NCBI GenBank assembly: GCA_966210405.1
Contig: CBIHLH010000002.1
Span: 1,903 to 65,902, forward strand
Direction: 5' to 3'
Length of the DNA: 64,000 nucleotides
Source: an uncultured Marinobacter sp.
GTDB lineage: Bacteria > Pseudomonadota > Gammaproteobacteria > Pseudomonadales > Oleiphilaceae
Shown piece after piece: positions 61,340-64,000 of this stretch (positions within the stretch are counted from its first letter, which is position 1; every line of letters begins with the position of its first letter). The translations under genes and the position numbers were made by a program. The notes beneath the pieces are model-generated. The model did not search any database, was not told the DNA's origin, and worked only from the letters and a program-made list of their open reading frames with translations.

Positions 61340-62254
61340 TCAGTGGGTATCGGTCAGGACGATGGATCGGGCAAAACCCCGAGCCTCGAGCACATCCTGT
61401 GTCTGTCGTGCGGTCGTCTCGTCCTGAAACGGTCCGACCTGCACCCGGTGGTAGCGTCCCGATGCGGTATCGATCGCGCGTACTCTCATCGGGTCTTCCA
61501 GCACAGCCCTTGCGCGATTGAGTAACGCCTCGGCCGGGTCACGGGTACTGAACGAACCTAACTGGACAAACAGGGCCCGATCACCACTCGCCTCATCGCC
61601 ACTGACCGCGACGGAGCTGTCTGGTTCCGTTGCGCCGTTGCCCGGCACAAAGGGTTTGCCGGCAAGGAACATTCTGCCATCGGGTCTAACGGTAATGGCA
61701 GCAACTGCCACCCGCGCCGTGCCACGGGACTGATAACCCAGCTTCTTCGCCGCCGCGTAGGACAGGTCGATCAGGCGATCACCATGAAAGGGTCCGCGAT
61801 CATTGACCCGGACAATAACCGAGCGGCCATTGTCCAGGCTGGTTACCCGAACATAGCTGGGAATTCTCAGGGATTTGTGCGCGGCCGTCATCTGATACAT
61901 ATCAAACACTTCACCGTTGGAAGTTTTATGGCCGTGGAATTTTTCGCCATACCAGCTTGCGGTACCGCGGGCCACGTATCCGTCGTTACTGGCAAGCACC
62001 CGGTACTGCTTGCCCCAGACAGAATACGGCGATTTGTTTCCCGCCCGTTTCGGCGGCTCATAGCGCGGCGTCGCATTTTCCAGGCCAGAGGCGTCAAAGT
62101 GGCCATCGGGGGCGCGATCCTGGCTCAGGGTATATCGTGACGAGTGGTTGGTGTCCGGCGCTGAGGCACACCCACCCAGGGTCAGGGCAACAACAGCCAG
62201 TATCCAAACAGGTGACAATGTGGCACTCACAGCCGGGACATCCTCCACGCTCAT
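61340..62254 (-). CDS. rlpA: Septal ring lytic transglycosylase RlpA
   Basis: Lipobox LGGC, ASWYG..FHG, TAAH, VNDRGPF, SPOR domain. Confidence 0.94.
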   Translation of the reverse strand: MSVEDVPAVSATLSPVWILAVVALTLGGCASAPDTNHSSRYTLSQDRAPDGHFDASGLENATPRYEPPKRAGNKSPYSVWGKQYRVLASNDGYVARGTASWYGEKFHGHKTSNGEVFDMYQMTAAHKSLRIPSYVRVTSLDNGRSVIVRVNDRGPFHGDRLIDLSYAAAKKLGYQSRGTARVAVAAITVRPDGRMFLAGKPFVPGNGATEPDSSVAVSGDEASGDRALFVQLGSFSTRDPAEALLNRARAVLEDPMRVRAIDTASGRYHRVQVGPFQDETTARQTQDVLEARGFARSIVLTDTH

Positions 62255-62353
62255 AGCTGCCACGGGACCCCCGCAGCATTAACAACCGGTATTGTAGCGG
62301 GTTCCGTGCCGTGATCTCCATTACCCCACGGACAGAATCGGCCCGGCGGTCGG

Positions 62354-63496
62354 TCAGGCACTGATCATCCGGCGATGCGTATGAATGGACATCAGCACCC
62401 CGAATGCCGCCATCAGCGTGACACTCGAGGTTCCACCATAGGAAATCAGTGGCAGAGGCACTCCCACAATCGGCAACAGGCCACTCACCATGCCAATGTT
62501 AACGAAAACGTAGATAAAGAAGGTCATGGTCAGCGCACCCGCCAGCAGACGGCTGAATGAATCCTGAGCCGTGACCGCAATATACAGGCAACGCAGAATG
62601 ATCAGAAAATACATGGTGAGCAACACCAACATGCCAATAAATCCGAATTCCTCGGCAAGAACCGCCACGATAAAGTCCGTATGGCTCTCCGGCAGGAACT
62701 CCAGGTGCGACTGGGTACCTTCCAGCCAACCCTTGCCATCGATACCCCCCGAGCCAATAGCGGTTTTCGACTGGATAATATTCCAGCCAGCGCCGAGTGG
62801 GTCGCTCTGCGGGTCCAGCAACGTCAGCACCCGTTGTTTCTGGTAATCGCGCATCACGAAAAACCACATCAGCGGCGCGGCGACGGAGACCATGGCGACA
62901 AACGCGCTGATCAGTTTCCAACTCATGCCGGCGAAAAACACCACGAACAGGCCGGCCATGCCAACCAGCAGCGACGTGCCCAGATCCGGCTGCCTTATGA
63001 TCAGCACCATGGGCACCAGTACCAGAGCAAGACCGACTGCAATCCTGGACAGGCTCGGCGGCAAAAAATGCCGGGACAGATACCAGGCCACCGCCATCGG
63101 CACCACCAGTTTCATCAGTTCGGAAGGCTGGAATCGCGGCAGCCCCGGCAGACCCAGCCATCGCTGGGCACCTTTGGCCCCGATGCCGACCAGTAATACC
63201 GCCACCAGGGACCCCAGGCCAGCGATGTAAAGCCAGGGCGCCCAGCGGCGGAACACATTGGGATCAAGCTGGGCGAAAACTATCATCACCACGAACGCGA
63301 TGACCAGGCGAACCCCCTGGGCCTCAACCACGTCAATATTGCGATCTGCTCCGCTGTACAACACGAACAGGCCGCCAGACACCAGAACGAACAGCAGAAA
63401 TAACAGAATGGGATCCAGGTGCAAGGTGGCCCAGATGCCCCGGGGGCGCCCCAGCGGATTGGATGCCGTGGCGTCGAGCACGTCGCGTATGGCCAT
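62354..63496 (-). CDS. rodA: Rod shape-determining protein RodA
   Basis: FQPSELMK, QPDLGT, QSKTAIGSGG, LPESHTDFI, PLISYGG. Confidence 0.96.
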   Translation of the reverse strand: MAIRDVLDATASNPLGRPRGIWATLHLDPILLFLLFVLVSGGLFVLYSGADRNIDVVEAQGVRLVIAFVVMIVFAQLDPNVFRRWAPWLYIAGLGSLVAVLLVGIGAKGAQRWLGLPGLPRFQPSELMKLVVPMAVAWYLSRHFLPPSLSRIAVGLALVLVPMVLIIRQPDLGTSLLVGMAGLFVVFFAGMSWKLISAFVAMVSVAAPLMWFFVMRDYQKQRVLTLLDPQSDPLGAGWNIIQSKTAIGSGGIDGKGWLEGTQSHLEFLPESHTDFIVAVLAEEFGFIGMLVLLTMYFLIILRCLYIAVTAQDSFSRLLAGALTMTFFIYVFVNIGMVSGLLPIVGVPLPLISYGGTSSVTLMAAFGVLMSIHTHRRMISA

Positions 63497-64000
63497 TACT
63501 GAGCCTCCCCGGTCGGGATCTGGGTAATCAGGGCGTCGCCCTGGAGTTCGGGGAAATCCTCCAGCCAGGCATCAAACAGCGCCCGCGCCACCGGAGCAGC
63601 GGTACCACTGCCGCTGCCGCCATTTTCCACAATCACGGCGACGGCGATCCGGGGATCTTTCACCGGCGCAAAACCAACAAACAGGGCATGGTCACGCAGA
63701 CGTTCACGAATTTCATCGGCGTCGTATTCCTCACCTTCGTCCAGGCTGAATACCTGGGCGGTTCCGGTTTTACCAGCCATCCGGTAACTGGCACCGCGAG
63801 CAGCACCCCGGGCGGTGCCCTTTGGACCTTCCATCACACCGGCCATGGCCTCGACCACAAACTCCCAGTCGCTTGGGTCCTTGAGTCGCATCGGTTCGTG
63901 GGTCTGATCGGGCAGGTATTCGGCAACCGGGGTATCCCCCTTGACATCCTTGAGCAATCGGGGTTCCACCCAGCGGCCGCGGTTGGCGATCAGCGCCGTC
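63496..64000 (-). CDS. mrdA: Penicillin-binding protein 2 (3' part; begins beyond the right edge)
   Basis: AGKTGTAQV, DHALFVGFAP, VENGG; TAATG overlap with rodA. Confidence 0.93.
   Translation of the reverse strand, partial: TALIANRGRWVEPRLLKDVKGDTPVAEYLPDQTHEPMRLKDPSDWEFVVEAMAGVMEGPKGTARGAARGASYRMAGKTGTAQVFSLDEGEEYDADEIRERLRDHALFVGFAPVKDPRIAVAVIVENGGSGSGTAAPVARALFDAWLEDFPELQGDALITQIPTGEAQ

Overview
Chromosomal window from a high-GC gammaproteobacterium, Marinobacter-like by gene content and synteny (inference). The left end (1-7597) holds a type I-C CRISPR-Cas operon on the minus strand: cas3, cas5, cas8c (with a hidden internal cas11c start), cas7, cas4 and the start of cas1. cas2 and the CRISPR array fall outside the window. 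A WYL/HTH regulator lies directly upstream of cas3, and an orphan YgiT/MqsA-type zinc-ribbon gene is embedded between cas7 and cas4. These genes continue a tightly packed co-directional run that begins with a DUF432-MscS-RimB-like protease-RimK-M14 deacylase-YjbQ module. The rest is mostly conserved housekeeping: phr, moeB-prmC-prfA-hemA, TPR-lolB-ispE-tRNA-Gln-prs-rplY-pth-ychF, tRNA-Met, lipA, fabB, alr-dnaB-rplI-rpsR-rpsF-rlmB-rnr, tRNA-Leu, ubiX-mpl, pfk and lipB-ybeD-dacA-rlpA-rodA-mrdA. Small oddities include a metY gene broken by a deletion/frameshift, a 13-bp tandem repeat that multiplies the RBS+ATG of an SMR gene, an orphan fhuF beside tRNA-Met, and a GC-rich palindromic element at about 57.9 kb. 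Family assignments come from motif recognition only; no database searches were run.
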